A stretch of 64,000 bases of DNA from Pelagomonas calceolata. Taxonomy: Eukaryota. The stretch spans positions 1,178,001 to 1,242,000 of the forward strand of contig CAKKNE010000004.1 of the NCBI GenBank assembly GCA_918797485.1, read 5' to 3'. The translations under genes were made by a program, and so were the position numbers. This document shows, piece by piece, positions 62,501-64,000 of the stretch. The notes below the pieces were generated by a model, which was not told the origin of the DNA, did no database searches, and saw only the letters and a program-made list of their open reading frames with translations. Positions within the stretch are counted from its first letter, which is position 1, and every line of letters begins with the position of its first letter.

Positions 62501-64000
62501 TGCGGGCTCTGGCGAGGCGCGAACTTGTTCTGCATTGCTCGCGAGATGTGGCGGCGACGCCTCCGTCCCGGACAACACGGGAAGGACGCCGTCCATGGCG
62601 GCTCTGCTGCGAGGTTCCACAGAAACGATACATTCCTTGCTCGAGGCGGGCTGCGACGCCGACGTGCGTAGCGAGGACGGCACGAATGTATTACTTTGTG
62701 CGTTTGTGGCTCCGAACGGCGACGCTCTCGACACTGCGATCAACGAAGCCAAAGCCCAGTGGGAATTGACAGGTAGCTGCCCCTCCACAGTCCTGAAGGG
62801 CTCGGGATCGTATGTGGAGGCTGTTTTACAGAAGGGAGCGGATCCCGATGTGCCTGACGGAAGGGGCAAGTTTCCGCTTCACTGGTGCGTCGAGGGCTGT
62901 GCTATTGATTATGAGGTCGACGGGCTGTTTCCTTGTAGTTTTACGCTGGACGAAGCCGTTTCCGTGGAGATGCTCTCGACGTTGTTGGCGCATGGGGCGT
63001 CTCCGGATGTTGCTGACTTATCAGGTTGCACGGCCTTGCATTCTGCTTGTAGACGTTCGAATGGCGAGGCGGCCCGGCTACTCTTGCAAAATGGAGCGCA
63101 GATGAACTTGAGTGATGGCGTGGGGCGGTTGCCCGTTCATTTGGCCTGTGCTGCGGCGACGGATTACGAGCTTGTTGCTGAACTGCTAGAGAGTGGTCAG
63201 AAGAAGCCGCGCGGCACGGCGACGCACGATGGGTCAAGGGCGGGCCTGTCGAAGAGCGCCAAGACGCGGCGCAATGTCATTGCTGCCATGGACCGGGCTC
63301 TGCAAGCGGCACTCGCTCCTGACGTCGTGGTCGACGTCCTGCCCTCGCCTGCCGAACTCGCATCGGCGAGCGACTCTAACGGATATACGATGCTCCACTA
63401 CGCATCACAAGCTCCCATTGTTCAAGAGGAGGACGTGTGGTCCACGACAGAGCCGGTCTCCGCAGAAGAGAGAGGCGCGTTCCTCGCACAGTTGGCAGCG
63501 AGAGACGACGTAGTAGACCTGCACGCGGCCGACTCATCAGGACGCGACGCGGTCTGCCTCGCCATCGAGCAGCTCGGAGATCACTCATTGCAATTTGTGG
63601 AGACCGCGGTAAGCAAGGGCTACGACGTCGAACGGGAGCTCGAGTTGCCCGACGAAGATTTGGACCTCCCGTATCGACCGGCTTGGGAGACTCCATCTGA
63701 CCCGCCGCCGGGCTTCGCTGGCGACGCCGACGCGGATCTTTTTGACGACTTGGACGAGCCCGAGGACGTTTCTCCAGAACCATCAGAAGACGAACCAGGT
63801 GAGGCGACGCTCGACGCGCTGGAGACCTACCTGAAGGCGATCTTCGACCGCGTCGACAGCGATCAGAGCGGCGCCATCTCGGCGCAGGAGGCGCTGGCAG
63901 CCTTAAGGGACGACGACGACTTCGCCGAGGTCCTCGGCGTCGACGGCCGCAGCAAGGACGACGTCCTCGCTGCTATCACGGACATCGACGCCGACGGGGA
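59526..64000 (+). CDS. Large helical-repeat / ankyrin / EF-hand protein, 3' partial (absent from the ORF track because no stop falls in the window)
   Basis: MADAPPELTEAQ start. Ankyrin repeats (DNTGRTPSM, GKFPLHW, GCTALHSA, GRLPVHLA) at ~62450-63420. EF-hand IFDRVDSDQSGAISAQE at ~63840 is in the same frame as the start; the frame was spot-checked, not read in full. Confidence 0.8.
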   Translation, partial: MADAPPELTEAQQAKLAAKQFKQDSRKLAKALKGKKPEPKIEAIDRCREDAAFLAKGECLVPLLQQCVFKKTKKGDNADVVQAALSCARAFLEAAPESQPDEEEGAATPEPPRATLLFEAAEKKKNKLSGGKLFADLLAHENGGIVVDAAACLRTVLKASVAGEEHPYLELAASGDPVGALVHMILQGTPSEIWPEEDNGVEAALEALALLIEFVPDASDRLVASGGGAALTTVACNEIVPEELAESALRLLDAATSASGGASTLLEAPGASVQILSSSTSGAASRLSIVERLLEAQALRSDDDEEIIETDEAAAPAPAYAFDGPGVATVLATAFESAESDAVAVAARCLGRAVVAFGEDARTPLLQTSCGRLLTALTSAPAGSEPRRCCEKALHLLVRSGPFSLATSDIDAAQLAQALSGDADAKTRTINLVAEVIKTSADDVPAVTDACLASLVGTVQTWADSKDEDPQLSPRGVEEPDAPIAKGVVLKEADAAQASLTLLRALGSSSPDILSRIAGDAREALDAALSRGPRTVDEFKRFDEAPVDDTAAPAPAAEAPVEDGVKEAVVLVRDPLQTAWDDAAYAGNDIAVRSTVMALLAQIARSCAPAPVEENDDEEAAPEQPGEVSSLTACAMLLDILCVDLVQKDGAPYWGAAAADEDELVREDVRAEALDLLAAVGADENGRKLLLEASRSWVPSGMTQIEEEEAPAAEDEEVIEEQFAPPENLADQRWWPYVHVLAAPVCVAADPTATAAQHTASVELIRALCSDDARPKDDQSLVCDRFAATACAMGVLVPLCALASEQTAICVARFCVADEDFDPSADFAATARAASKAVADLAGRAYEREKRIATYAADAYEAQFAVSMVEGAEAFEAQLLAFEEEQAEARAAYEARVEEARAAAEAAAADEDCMEAEAPIPAVEPLACAPAPAFDDRAARRAATEAAEAARNRVVDARGGPTNKQWATYCLDARAPDLRRRIQDSTALLAACAGSGEARTCSALLARCGGDASVPDNTGRTPSMAALLRGSTETIHSLLEAGCDADVRSEDGTNVLLCAFVAPNGDALDTAINEAKAQWELTGSCPSTVLKGSGSYVEAVLQKGADPDVPDGRGKFPLHWCVEGCAIDYEVDGLFPCSFTLDEAVSVEMLSTLLAHGASPDVADLSGCTALHSACRRSNGEAARLLLQNGAQMNLSDGVGRLPVHLACAAATDYELVAELLESGQKKPRGTATHDGSRAGLSKSAKTRRNVIAAMDRALQAALAPDVVVDVLPSPAELASASDSNGYTMLHYASQAPIVQEEDVWSTTEPVSAEERGAFLAQLAARDDVVDLHAADSSGRDAVCLAIEQLGDHSLQFVETAVSKGYDVERELELPDEDLDLPYRPAWETPSDPPPGFAGDADADLFDDLDEPEDVSPEPSEDEPGEATLDALETYLKAIFDRVDSDQSGAISAQEALAALRDDDDFAEVLGVDGRSKDDVLAAITDIDADG

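Overview
This is GC-rich, gene-dense eukaryotic nuclear DNA. Few short introns, an ASAFAP-type plastid leader and TIR/TSD introner introns suggest a stramenopile alga, probably a pelagophyte (Pelagomonas/Aureococcus-like; inference). It holds about 28 protein genes, including EMC8, PDI, NAA40, cyclin L, CoaE-HAD, a BCCT transporter, a kinase, sulfotransferases and glycosyltransferases. Highlights: (1) a 583-nt GC-rich intergenic RNA (11643-12225, minus strand) that folds by hand like an ORF-less group II intron, with a possible intron-less relative of its flank at about 50855; (2) a ~24-bp motif, GCTAGTGTCTTACAGCCGCTAGC-like, found 17 times and mostly at gene promoters; (3) a multi-pass membrane protein coupling an LRR ectodomain to a RelA/SpoT-like synthetase domain; (4) a ~2,650-aa polyprotein with 51-aa LLRCGG-terminated repeats, ubiquitin, BRCT and SANT modules; (5) a 3.66-kb element with a 17-bp TSD and an MBD-like ORF that splits an aldo-keto reductase; (6) four introners and a MITE. 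All calls were made by eye; no searches or folding programs were run.
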